Source: Macrostomum lignano
Taxonomy: Eukaryota
Assembly: GCA_002269645.1 (NCBI GenBank)
Contig: NIVC01000724.1
Coordinates: 33,433-60,544, forward strand
Direction of reading: 5' to 3'
Length of the DNA: 27,112 nt
Part shown: positions 1 to 11,800 of the stretch, one piece after another
Layout of the letters: every line of letters starts with the position of its first letter
Numbering within the stretch: the stretch's first letter is position 1
Notes under the pieces: model-generated
What the model saw: only the letters and a program-made list of their open reading frames with translations
What the model was told of the DNA's origin: nothing
Databases searched by the model: none
Made by a program: the position numbers and the translations under genes

Positions 1-708
1 CAATCCAGGATCTCTAAAACCAAAGGCGATTGTCCGCTGCTGTCACACACTCTAAGAATCACGCGTAGGATTTCGAATTATGGCGCGAGAAAACGACAGC
101 TAGTAAAATCAAAACGGATGCCACCGACCGAATAGGTGCTCCAGTTTTCTAACGGCGTCTCTTGCCGAATCTTCCAACACTCCGGCGGCTCGGATGTGTA
201 CTCAAAGTCTCTCAGGAGTCACCTTCGTAGCTACCGAGAACCTCCTTGACACGAATGTTTTGAATGTAATAATCGCTTGATTTAGTTGATACGGACCCAC
301 CGAAACCTCTGTCGAATTCATTGTGTGAATTCGGGGAACCCCGAGCTTTTTGGATCCAGCGGGTTGACAGCAATCCATGCCCTGTGTTAGCAGGGGGCAC
401 GCTTCAGATCACAGTTGAAGTGCAGCTGCTCAATTTCGTCCAGTTCGTTGGACAAGAGCACTCGCGCATGAAATTCTGACCGAATTCGAACAACGATAGC
501 CCTGTCCATGACGGTGGAGCTGTTTAAATGATTCAAAACCTGGATGCGCCGTTGTACTTTGCCATCGAGGTCTCGATAACAACGTCTAATCGGCTGGGCT
601 TACTGAAGCCGGCTGACGGCAGCCACTGATACGGTTTTGCCTCTCGTTAACACATTAGTCCTGCTTAATGGCAGCAAAGCAGCACATAGCGGAACATAGT
701 GGCACAGC

Positions 709-3700
709 GGATGTCTCTGCGATTCTTGTCGTCTGGGCCGACAAGTTATCGATTGCAGTCGGTTTGGGCCGGAGCTGAACTTTGGGCTCCATTCCAGAGC
801 CTTAAGTTGACATGAGATCCCCATTTTATCCCCTTTATCCCTGGGACCCCAAGGAAGGGAGCCGGATGGGATGTCTCGGCGATTCTAGTCGTCTGGGCCG
901 ACAAGTTATCGATTTCAGTCGGTTTGGTCCGGAGCTGAACTTCGGGCTCCATTCCAGAGCCTTAAGTTGACATGAGATCCCCATTTTATCCCCTTTATCC
1001 CCTGGGACCCCAAGGAAGGGACCCGGATGGGATGTCTCGGCGATTCTAGTCGTCTGGGCCGACAAGTTATCGATTGCAGTCGGTTTGGTCCGGAGCTGAA
1101 CTTCGGGCTCCATTCTGGTGCTTAAGTTGACATGAGATCCCCATTTTATCCCCTTTATCCCCTGGGACCCCAAGGAAGGGACCCGGATGGGATGTCTCGG
1201 CGATTCTAGTCGTCTGGGCCGACAAGTTATCGATTTCAGTCGGTTTGGTCCGGAGCTGAACTTCGGGCTCCATTCTGGTGCTTAAGTTGACATGAGATCC
1301 CATTTTATCCCCTTTATCCCCTGGGACCCCAAGGAAGGGACCCGGATGGGATGTCTCGGCGATTCTAGTCGTCTGGGCCGACAAGTTATCGATTTCAGTC
1401 GGTTTGGGCCGGAGCTGAACTTCGGGCTCCATTCCAGAGCCTTAAGTTGACATGAGATCCCCATTTTATCCCCTTTATCCCCTGGGACCCCAAGGAAGGG
1501 ACCCGGATGGGATGTCTCGGCGATTCTAGTCGTCTGGGCCGACAAGTTATCGATTGCAGTCGGTTTGGTCCGGAGCTGAACTTCGGGCTCCATTCTGGTG
1601 CTTAAGTTGACATGAGATCCCCATTTTATCCCCTTTATCCCCTGGGACCCCAAGGAAGGGACCCGGATGGGATGTCTCGGCGATTCTAGTCGTCTGGGCC
1701 GACAAGTTATCGATTTCAGTCGGTTTGGGCCGGAGCTGAACTTCGGGCTCCATTCCAGAGCCTTAAGTTGACATGAGATCCCCATTTTATCCCCTTTATC
1801 CCCTGGGACCCCAAGGAAGGGACCCGGATGGGATGTCTCGGCGATTCTAGTCGTCTGGGCCGACAAGTTATCGATTGCAGTCGGTTTGGTCCGGAGCTGA
1901 ACTTCGGGCTCCATTCTGGTGCTTAAGTTGACATGAGATCCCCATTTTATCCCCTTTATCCCCTGGGACCCCAAGGAAGGGACCCGGATGGGATGTCTCG
2001 GCGATTCTAGTCGTCTGGGCCGACAAGTTATCGATTTCAGTCGGTTTGGGCCGGAGCTGAACTTCGGGCTCCATTCCAGAGCCTTAAGTTGACATGAGAT
2101 CCCCATTTTATCCCCTTTATCCCCTGGGACCCCAAGGAAGGGACCCGGATGGGATGTCTCGGCGATTCTAGTCGTCTGGGCCGACAAGTTATCGATTGCA
2201 GTCGGTTTGGTCCGGAGCTGAACTTCGGGCTCCATTCTGGTGCTTAAGTTGACATGAGATCCCCATTTTATCCCCTTTATCCCCTGGGACCCCAAGGAAG
2301 GGACCCGGATGGGATGTCTCGGCGATTCTAGTCGTCTGGGCCGACAAGTTATCGATTTCAGTCGGTTTGGGCCGGAGCTGAACTTCGGGCTCCATTCCAG
2401 AGCCTTAAGTTGACATGAGATCCCCATTTTATCCCCTTTATCCCCTGGGACCCCAAGGAAGGGACCCGGATGGGATGTCTCGGCGATTCTAGTCGTCTGG
2501 GCCGACAAGTTATCGATTGCAGTCGGTTTGGTCCGGAGCTGAACTTCGGGCTCCATTCTGGTGCTTAAGTTGACATGAGATCCCCATTTTATCCCCTTTA
2601 TCCCCTGGGACCCCAAGGAAGGGACCCGGATGGGATGTCTCGGCGATTCTAGTCGTCTGGGCCGACAAGTTATCGATTTCAGTCGGTTTGGTCCGGAGCT
2701 GAACTTCGGGCTCCATTCTGGTGCTTAAGTTGACATGAGATCCCCATTTTATCCCCTTTATCCCCTGGGACCCCAAGGAAGGGACCCGGATGGGATGTCT
2801 CGGCGATTCTAGTCGTCTGGGCCGACAAGTTATCGATTTCAGTCGGTTTGGGCCGGAGCTGAACTTCGGGCTCCATTCCAGAGCCTTAAGTTGACATGAG
2901 ATCCCCATTTTATCCCCTTTATCCCCTGGGACCCCAAGGAAGGGACCCGGATGGGATGTCTCGGCGATTCTAGTCGTCTGGGCCGACAAGTTATCGATTG
3001 CAGTCGGTTTGGTCCGGAGCTGAACTTCGGGCTCCATTCTGGTGCTTAAGTTGACATGAGATCCCCATTTTATCCCCTTTATCCCCTGGGACCCCAAGGA
3101 AGGGACCCGGATGGGATGTCTCGGCGATTCTAGTCGTCTGGGCCGACAAGTTATCGATTTCAGTCGGTTTGGTCCGGAGCTGAACTTCGGGCTCCATTCC
3201 AGAGCCTTAAGTTGACATGAGATCCCCATTTTATCCCCTTTATCCCTGGGACCCCAAGGAAGGGACCCGGATGGGATGTCTCGGCGATTCTAGTCGTCTG
3301 GGCCGACAAGTTATCGATTGCAGTCGGTTTGGTCCGGAGCTGAACTTCGGGCTCCATTCTGGTGCTTAAGTTGACATGAGATCCCCATTTTATCCCCTTT
3401 ATCCCCTGGGACCCCAAGGAAGGGACCCGGATGGGATGTCTCGGCGATTCTAGTCGTCTGGGCCGACAAGTTATCGATTTCAGTCGGTTTGGGCCGGAGC
3501 TGAACTTCGGGCTCCATTCCAGAGCCTTAAGTTGACATGAGATCCCCATTTTATCCCCTTTATCCCCTGGGACCCCAAGGAAGGGACCCGGATGGGATGT
3601 CTCGGCGATTCTAGTCGTCTGGGCCGACAAGTTATCGATTGCAGTCGGTTTGGTCCGGAGCTGAACTTCGGGCTCCATTCTGGTGCTTAAGTTGACATGA

Positions 3701-4661
3701 GATCCCCATTTTATCCCCTTTATCCCCTGGGACCCCAAGGAAGGGACCCGGATGGGATGTCTCGGCGATTCTAGTCGTCTGGGCCGACAAGTTATCGATT
3801 TCAGTCGGTTTGGGCCGGAGCTGAACTTCGGGCTCCATTCCAGAGCCTTAAGTTGACATGAGATCCCCATTTTATCCCCTTTATCCCCTGGGACCCCAAG
3901 GAAGGGACCCGGATGGGATGTCTCGGCGATTCTAGTCGTCTGGGCCGACAAGTTATCGATTGCAGTCGGTTTGGTCCGGAGCTGAACTTCGGGCTCCATT
4001 CTGGTGCTTAAGTTGACATGAGATCCCCATTTTATCCCCTTTATCCCCTGGGACCCCAAGGAAGGGACCCGGATGGGATGTCTCGGCGATTCTAGTCGTC
4101 TGGGCCGACAAGTTATCGATTTCAGTCGGTTTGGGCCGGAGCTGAACTTCGGGCTCCATTCCAGAGCCTTAAGTTGACATGAGATCCCCATTTTATCCCC
4201 TTTATCCCCTGGGACCCCAAGGAAGGGACCCGGATGGGATGTCTCGGCGATTCTAGTCGTCTGGGCCGACAAGTTATCGATTGCAGTCGGTTTGGTCCGG
4301 AGCTGAACTTCGGGCTCCATTCTGGTGCTTAAGTTGACATGAGATCCCCATTTTATCCCCTTTATCCCCTGGGACCCCAAGGAAGGGACCCGGATGGGAT
4401 GTCTCGGCGATTCTAGTCGTCTGGGCCGACAAGTTATCGATTTCAGTCGGTTTGGGCCGGAGCTGAACTTCGGGCTCCATTCCAGAGCCTTAAGTTGACA
4501 TGAGATCCCCATTTTATCCCCTTTATTCCCTGGGACCCCAAGGAAGGGACCCGGATGGGATGTCTCGGCGATTCTAGTCGTCTGGGCCGACAAGTTATCG
4601 ATTGCAGTCGGTTTGGTCCGGAGCTGAACTTCGGGCTCCATTCTGGTGCTTAAGTTGACAT
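709..4661. repeat. 160/161-bp tandem satellite (about 24.6 units; 321-bp A/B higher-order dimer)
   Basis: TTAAGTTGACAT recurs at 962, 1122, 1282, 1442, 1602, 1763, 1923, 2084 and onward. Variant A (gattGcag, tggTcc, attcTGGTGc; 160 bp) alternates with variant B (gattTcag, tggGcc, attcCAGAGCc; 161 bp). The match begins at GGATGTCTC (709) and ends at TAAGTTGACAT (4661). Confidence 0.98.
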
Positions 4662-4726
4662 TCCCTTCAAGAAATTCTGCGACCGTCCCAGAAATGCACA
4701 AAATCTTGTGGTCTTCAGTGCCAGTC

Positions 4727-4732
4727 TTTATT
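4727..4732 (-). terminator. Candidate AATAAA polyadenylation signal of the iGluR-like gene
   Basis: Plus-strand TTTATT at 4727-4732 is the first canonical hexamer I found downstream of the receptor stop codon (5589). No transcript evidence. Confidence 0.3.
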
Positions 4733-4769
4733 GATCTTGTGGCTTCGAACTTTACATAAAAAATCTCCC

Positions 4770-5234
4770 GGATGTCACTTGTCTGGGGTCTTCATGACGT
4801 CACATGTCTGGGGACTTCAGGATGTCACATGTTATAGGGTCATCAGGACGTCACATGTCTGGGGTCTTCAGGACGTCACATGTCTGGGGTCTTCAGGACG
4901 TCACATGTCTGGAGTCTTCAGGACGTCACATGTCTGGGGTCTTCAGGACGTCACATGTCTGGGGTCTTCAGGACGTCACATGTCTGGGGTCTTCAGGACG
5001 TCATATGTCTGGGGTCTTCAAGACGTCACATGTCTGAGGTCTTCAGGACGTCACTTGTCTGGGGACTTCAGGATGTCACATGTTATAGGGTCTTCAGGAT
5101 GTCACATGTCTGGGGTCTTCAGGACGCCTCATGTCTGGGGTCTTCAGGATGTCACATGTCTAGGGTCTTCAGGACGTCGCATGTCTAGGGTATTCAGGGC
5201 GTTAGGACATCTTGGGGTCTTCAGGATGTCACAT
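4770..5234. repeat. 25-bp minisatellite (GGACGTCACATGTCTGGGGTCTTCA, about 18-19 copies)
   Basis: GGACG recurs at 4871, 4896, 4921, 4946 and 4971. The variant block GGGGACTTCAGGATGTCACATGTTATAGGG occurs at 4810 and 5061. Confidence 0.97.
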
Positions 5235-5300
5235 ATTGACCCTTCATCTTAATTTGATTCTTTGATCGGGTAAGTCCTTGGAATTTCTTAAGCTCATTGA

Positions 5301-5354
5301 CACTCTACTGTCGGTAGTCTAAAAAACACTCTACTGTCGGTAGTCTAAAAAACA
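5301..5354. repeat. 26-bp direct tandem duplication (CACTCTACTGTCGGTAGTCTAAAAAA x2)
   Basis: Exact copies at 5301-5326 and 5327-5352, followed by CA. Confidence 0.9.
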
Positions 5355-5588
5355 TGGACTAGAAACCGTTTTAAAGTAAATGCTAAAGTAAAAGTTTTAT
5401 CTTAAATAAAACGGATGTGAAGTAGAACTCGTATATTTAGCAAGTCTATCTTAACAAAGCATATTGATTTTGCTTGCGTTAATTTTGGGATTTTGTTTGA
5501 TTTTGAGAAAGTCCCACTCGTGATCGTGAAGATCGCGAAGTACGCTCGTGCACTACTCCGTGTCAGAGACCCAAACCTGCACTGATTA

Positions 5589-5844
5589 TCAAAAGACGCA
5601 GTCCTTCGGCTGGCTGAGCCCCAGTCGAATCCAAGCCACTTCGACTAGCAGAATGATCAGCCCAAGACCATAGAAGCAGCCAGTCAGCACGAGTCCTCCA
5701 ACAACGTGATTGAGTCCAATGGAACTCGCGGTCGAAGCTGCGCTGCCTTTGCTGCTACTGGCGCAAGCTGAAGTAACATTTTCCGATCGCATGTAGGTCC
5801 AAAATAGTCGCTGCATCGCTCCCGTCTCGTGCAGCTTCTGCAAG
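5589..5844 (-). CDS. iGluR-like last exon (S2 end, M4, short C-tail)
   Basis: Acceptor ttaattaag|C TTG CAG completes TAC with the upstream TA. Reads YLQKLHETGAMQRL...IGLNHVVGGLVLTGCFYGLGLIILLVEV...KDCVF*. Confidence 0.9.
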
Positions 5845-8800
5845 CTTAATTAAAGAATTATCAGTTGTTACAATGCGTCATTGTGTTAATTTATAACTTT
5901 GTCAGTAGACTTGTATTTTAAGAAAAGTATATTTGTATTTTACGTATTGTGGTTTGTACTTTAAGAACACTAGCTTTGTACTTTTAAAATTTTCGGTACT
6001 TTTCAGACTTGTACTTTTAGGATTGTACTTTTAGAATTGTGTAGGTTTGCACTTGAGGAATTGCAGGTTTGTACTTGAAAAACTACATGTTTGTACTTTT
6101 TAGACTTGTAGGATTGTACTTTTAGAATTGTACTTTAGCAACTATAAGTTTGTACTTGATGGATTTTAGACTTGTACAAATTATTAGTTTATCGGAGTTT
6201 AGGAACGATGGTATTAAGTTTTGATACATTAGATTTTTCGTTCAAGGAGTTTAGATTTGTACTTTAAGAAGTGTAGAATTGTACTTTCAAGATTGTAGAT
6301 TTATGGTTTATTGAGTGTTTATTATCACATTTATCGTTCGAACTCTTTTAGCGTACTAGAAATCCATGACGTCTGCGTACAAGGCATCCTTTGGATACAT
6401 GAATGCCACGGTGGCTGTGTTAAAATGCTCCTTGGCAATATAGTACTCCTTGCACTTTTCGTTGGCAATCGGCAGCAGGAAGCTGTAGTCGTTGATGCAG
6501 GCTCGGTGACCCTCGGATACCTGCAAAGTTCCAAAACTTCCTAGGCAAAAAATTCCGCATCGCATTGAAATTGTATGAAGTGTGAGCTCGCTAAAGTGAT
6601 AGGCAAGACTTTTCGACTTCGGGAAGTTTCGAGTTTGTGAAGATTCGAGCGTGCGATCTGTGTACACATGGCCTGGCTCACAATACCCGATTAGCACACA
6701 CGCCCAAGCACTCACCCCGTCGAGACAGTGTCCCAGCGGCACTGTAACCATTGTCTCGGCCAACTGTTTGTACATTCCATCTGGCGCCTGACTAAACATG
6801 GTGTACAGATTCGAGTCTAGGACCACATTAGGTAAGATTGACGACTGAGCTAGCAGATCTTCCAGCGACCGTATGGGCAGATTTTCGGTGTGGACCGTCA
6901 GGAAGGCAGTCAGGTTGGCTGTCTCAGGAAAAGGCAGCGAAAAAGTAGGTTGGGTTTTGAATTCCATGTATATTATTGAATATAGTAGAAATTCACGAAA
7001 ATCTAAATTCAATGAAGCACCTAAAGAAGCTACATAATAAATTGCCTTTAACACGGACTCACCCGTGTAGGCGCTGTAGACTATCACGGTAAACATCCAC
7101 CAAAATGCCATGACAGTGCGGGCTGACATTGCGAACGGAAAGAAATCCTGACCCTGCTGCAGAAAGCTGCCCACGATGCTCCACAGGTACTCCTGCACGC
7201 GAACCTCGTCAGCGATGGAATACTGCAGGCCGAGGTTGTAAGCAGAGAATGGCGAAAAATACGACAGGCACCAAGCGACGACTGAACTCATGACGACAAA
7301 CGCAACCAGCGTTAGCCAAACGTACGGATGAAACGACTCAAAAACGCTAACAAGGTCCGGAGCAGAGACTGGTCGGGGTAACAAAATGCAAGTCGACTCT
7401 TCGAACAAGGACATGGAGAAGTCTATTACTCGTTCTCGAACTGTTGTCCTGGTGAACGGGCCAGCGGCGAGAGTGACTGCCTGTCGTTAAAAAAATTGGA
7501 TAAAAATTGGTCAGTTAAACTGATTTCATCAGTAGGTTGTAGTTACCAACAGCCGGCACTTATGTGGACTGAAACCGATATTGCAGAAATTTTCTAAGGT
7601 CCTACATTTTGTTCTACGGTGAAAATCCGGTACTTTAGCGGTTTCTGCTACCTACAGACTAAACTCTAATTGGGAACATCGTCAAAAAGGAGAATCTTTC
7701 ACAGCCCTGAAACTTCATATCCGTTAAAAACTCTTACTAGTCACTTTCGCCAGCTCACAACCCAAAGTATTTCGACAATGTGAAATTTCCAGCTTGGGAA
7801 AGTGACTCCTTTGGTGGTTTTTCTCTACCTACATTCTCTACATGGATGATTTTCCGACTTTACGCTGCCTACACTCGATTTTGCATCATCGACGCAACAG
7901 CCAGTGCCTAACAGCCGTACGCACTGGACTAACCAGCCAGCTATACTCGTACTCACCCCTCTCTGCAGCTCCCCTACGCAGCCAGAGTAGACAGTTGAAT
8001 TTAGCATCGGAGCGCCGAACTCCCCGTCGGCTGGTTGTTTGATGACGTAGCTAAAAAACAAAATTTACTTTCGTTTAGTTTTGCTACTTTCAGTAGTACA
8101 CAGTTCTCGTTAGTTTTAAAGCAATACTCCTCACCGAAATTCCATTTTCTCAGCTAGGAAGTTAAGTACGTCCATTATAAATCCTTTGATTTGCACCGTG
8201 TTGTTTGCGGATCTAGACACGTAGCTCGTCAGTGGTACTTGCTGCAACAAAAAATAATGCATGCTCATATTTTGTTAGTTCATTAATGTGCAACAGTGAG
8301 ATGCCTACCTCCGGTGCGCAAATGGTGATGGTCTCGTTCTTGAAGCCCAGAAAGGTGTTGGGGAAGACCAGCTGCTCAGACCGGTAGCTGAACAGTTTGC
8401 TCAGCTCACCGCTGGACACGTCGAACGCGGCTGATCGAAGGAACTCCAGCGGTGAGGACTTCAACTTGTTGTAAGAAGCGACCAGCTCCAGACCCTGCGA
8501 GTCGAGGTGTCTGGTGCTGGCGTTGAAGGACGTTCGACCTCTCAGCTGTGGGATGGCGAACAGGTATGAGTAGGCATTTGACTCGACTATTCAGTTCTGT
8601 TAATCTAGCGAAGCTTCAATCTTCCTTGCTAGCTCACAGCGATCAGTTGAGCCATCACGAAGCTACCGTGCCTCCAGGGTTGCAGAGGCAGACAGGAGGC
8701 ATTGCTGGGCTGGAATCCGGGCAACAGCAGCGACTGATTCAGCGCGGCAGATACAGCTTCCAAAACTTTTACAAATTGAACGTCCAAGGTCTGCGGGGAG

Positions 8801-11800
8801 AGATGCGTTGATTCTATGTCCTTGCTTTTAATGGCACTGTTATACTCGATACTATTAGTATCAAATGCTATTTGAATAAAACTTTCATTCACTTTTGGAC
8901 TGGTTTCTCCTTGGCTTAAAATAGTGAGCTGTGGAGAGTGAGCTAACGTCCTTTTTTGTGGGTAGGCCTCAACAACTATAGCAGAATATCACGAGCTGCC
9001 TTTGAAATTGAGCTTTGTCTGCGTTCTGGGGAAGTGACTTTGCAGGTTGAATAATGGAAGGTCTCACATCCTTGATGCAATCCTCAGGCATCTCAGGCAT
9101 CCTCAGCACTGCATCTCACATCCTTGATGCAATCCTCAGACACTTCTGTATCTCGCATCTTTGATGCAATCCTCAGACACTTCCGTATCTTACATCCTTG
9201 ATGCAATCTTCAGACACTTCTGTATCTCACATCCTTGATGCAATCCTCAGACACTTCTGTATCTCACATCCTTGATGCAATCCTCAGACATTACTGCATC
9301 TCACATCCTTGATGCAATCCTCAGACACTGCTGCATCCATAACGTCCATTGCCATCTCGAGTCCTTACTCCCAGCTCACCCGCAAGCTCCGGCCGTCTCC
9401 AACTTCAAGCAGGTCCGTGCAGGCGGTTGAGCACTCGGCCGTGGCTCCTCTGAGCAGCGCCACATTGGCGCCAGCCGAGGCGGCCAGCGAAGCCGCCAGC
9501 GGGCCCGTGGAGAGGCCGCCGCCGTCCAGCAGCAGCCAGAAATAATTCTGCCCGAGCACCGCCGCGTCGGCCGCACGTCGCAGCGTTTCGATCGCGTTGG
9601 CCGGCGTTGCCAATAGCAACAGACGGCGGACTCGCTTGCGGACGAGGCTGCGCAGACGCGACGTCAGGTTGGAGGAGGCCGTAGCTGTTGAGTCGAGCTG
9701 CAGGGCGAAGCTGCCGACTCCAACTCGAGACAGGCGGGACTGCAGCCGCTCGAGCACTGCCTGATCTATATAGTGATGTTTTCGAACTGTTAATGACAGT
9801 ACCGCATACAAAACTAGACAGCTAGTCCAACCTAGGACAGTCAACGTACTTTGTTCAGCGTCGTACAGTATCGCCGCGTAGCTTCCTGGCACGCGGCGAA
9901 TCGACTGCATCGTTGCTACCGCCGCTCTGACAAAATCCTCGGTCGATTGAGTACCGAAGATGGTGAAGCTTTCGCCTATTGTAATATTCAAATTGGGTTA
10001 ATGTCTTTAAATTCAAATGTTTTTTGCGCAAATCAAGGGAGGGCTACTATAAAGTTACAGTGAGATGGAAAATTACCTTTTTAGGTTCCTAACAGTAGAA
10101 CTACAGGAGGGGGGGTAATTTCCCCTGAGTTTTTTGCAATGCAGCCACATGAAATTCCAGAACACTGACTAAATTTCTTTTGCGCACCTTCTCAAACAAG
10201 AATCAAGTCACCAGTCCTCAGGACCGTCGAGATATTCAATGATTCTGTCAAAAGGTTGGACTTTTCGTATAAGCGCTACTGAATTCAATACACCCGTAGC
10301 ACTGAGCCTCAATGCGGCCTTACAAAGCCTTCATATTTCAAACCGCATGTGTCTGCATGCTTCAGCTCTGACTTCGTTGGTCACTGGCCTTCACTCAGGT
10401 GGAAATTCAAAAGTGGCACTAAGTGACTATGGACATCCTGTTGCGAATTTCTCTAGTTTCGTTGTTCAAGCTTCAATAATGGGCAAACCTCAACTGCTAG
10501 GTCTTCGTTCTCACTGCTTGTGTCAGTCATGTCTAAATGAAAATCTAAAGGTGAAACTATAGAGCCACAATGGACCAAACTGATGCTTGTTGGACCAGAT
10601 TAACTGCTGCTGTGCCAGCCTTGTTACCATAGACGAAAGCTCCACTACTTTGGCAAAAATACCTTAGATTAAATTCAATGCGTGTACGCCCTAATGGGCT
10701 GCAAAATGCTATACTTTTTCAAACCTTTTTCTTGCTAGACTTGGACAAAGCATGCGCTTGCTTCAATTTGGAGTTCGAAAGTACGGATCGGCGAGAAATT
10801 GAAAATTCAGAGCTAAAATACTGGAAACATTCTGTCTCACTAAACTTTTACTCGCGAAACCCGGCATCCAGCCAAATTATTGCGATTTTGCGAGAGAAGC
10901 GTCATTCTACGTCATGCTCCATACCGTAGCTTCCAGTGGTCCTTGGCACCAAACAACTGGATAGTTAAAGTTCTTGCGTTGACTCACCGCTCCAGTCGCA
11001 ACCCAATTCGATTGGCAAAGCCAGCAGTGGAAGCTGCAGCGAGGTGGCCAGCGGTTCAGCTGCTTCAGCAGGCGGCATCGGCCGGCTGAGATGATAGCGG
11101 CGAGACCTGACTCACTGCACACTTTTGGTGAATTTTTTATGCATTGCTGTAGAATTATGCTCTTTAGCTTAAAAAAAAACTTACGACGACTCTTGAGCAC
11201 ATGACCATAATACTGTACACTGCTCACGCAGGGTGTACAAGCGTCCCCGACTTTCTAATCGTCAGGCATTTACACTCGCCTGTGCTTTGGGGGTTGGCCC
11301 TGATGATTGTGAACTACTGCGTGGCCCATCTGAAGGCTGCGGTACGACTGGTTAGTCCAAGGACGGGGGGTCGCCACACAAACCCTCAATTGCCCCAGCT
11401 GTCCCATGCTGTCCTATTTTACAGCTGGGTGAACTGAAGCAATGCAGAGTTAAATATCTTGCTCAAGGACACAAATTGTTCCAAGTTGGTCGAGAATCGA
11501 ACCCCCGACCTTTCATGGTGAGTCCGACGCTCTAACCACAAGGCTTCAACCCCTCTCCCAAACTCTATAGCATGCATGTAATTAGACCAGCCCATATCAG
11601 TGACCACTCACAAGATTTTACCGCCTCCAACCCGTCCGATGTTCGGACAGTTATCGCTCTGACCTCGTGACCCGTCAGCAGCCTCCAGTTCTCGTTGACG
11701 CGGCGTTGCACAGCCAAGTTGATCAGCGAGTCGCTCAGCAGGTCCAGCTCAGTTACTACGGCGATTTTCAAGACGAGGGTGTCACCTAAGGGACCAGTTT

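Noticed and set aside
709-4661. Retrozyme (hammerhead or HDV ribozyme) satellite
   Set aside because: There is no CUGANGA/GAAA core on either strand. The GGCCGAC/GTCGGTT stem encloses only 15 nt and lacks the UYCNCG L3 needed for an HDV-like fold.
600-4701. Long repetitive ORFs (444, 239 and 513 aa and many 68-aa ORFs) in the satellite
   Set aside because: They arise from 160/161-bp units cycling through reading frames. No domain is recognisable, and the GDKGDK collagen-like look comes from the G-tracts.
4731-5252. 173-aa and overlapping ORFs on the plus strand
   Set aside because: These are translations of the 25-bp minisatellite.
5301-5354. Helitron-like 3' end (small hairpin plus CTAA)
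   Set aside because: The stem is only 4-5 bp, there is no CTAG terminus and no matching 5' end; a simple duplication explains it.
6356-7414. Single 352-aa uninterrupted CDS
   Set aside because: It contains two GT-AG introns; splicing restores AYTANLTAFLT and LDGVSEG.
10067-10124. GGAAAATTACC/GGTAATTTCCC inverted repeat as a MITE
   Set aside because: Only 11 bp and imperfect, with no TSD and no second copy in the window.
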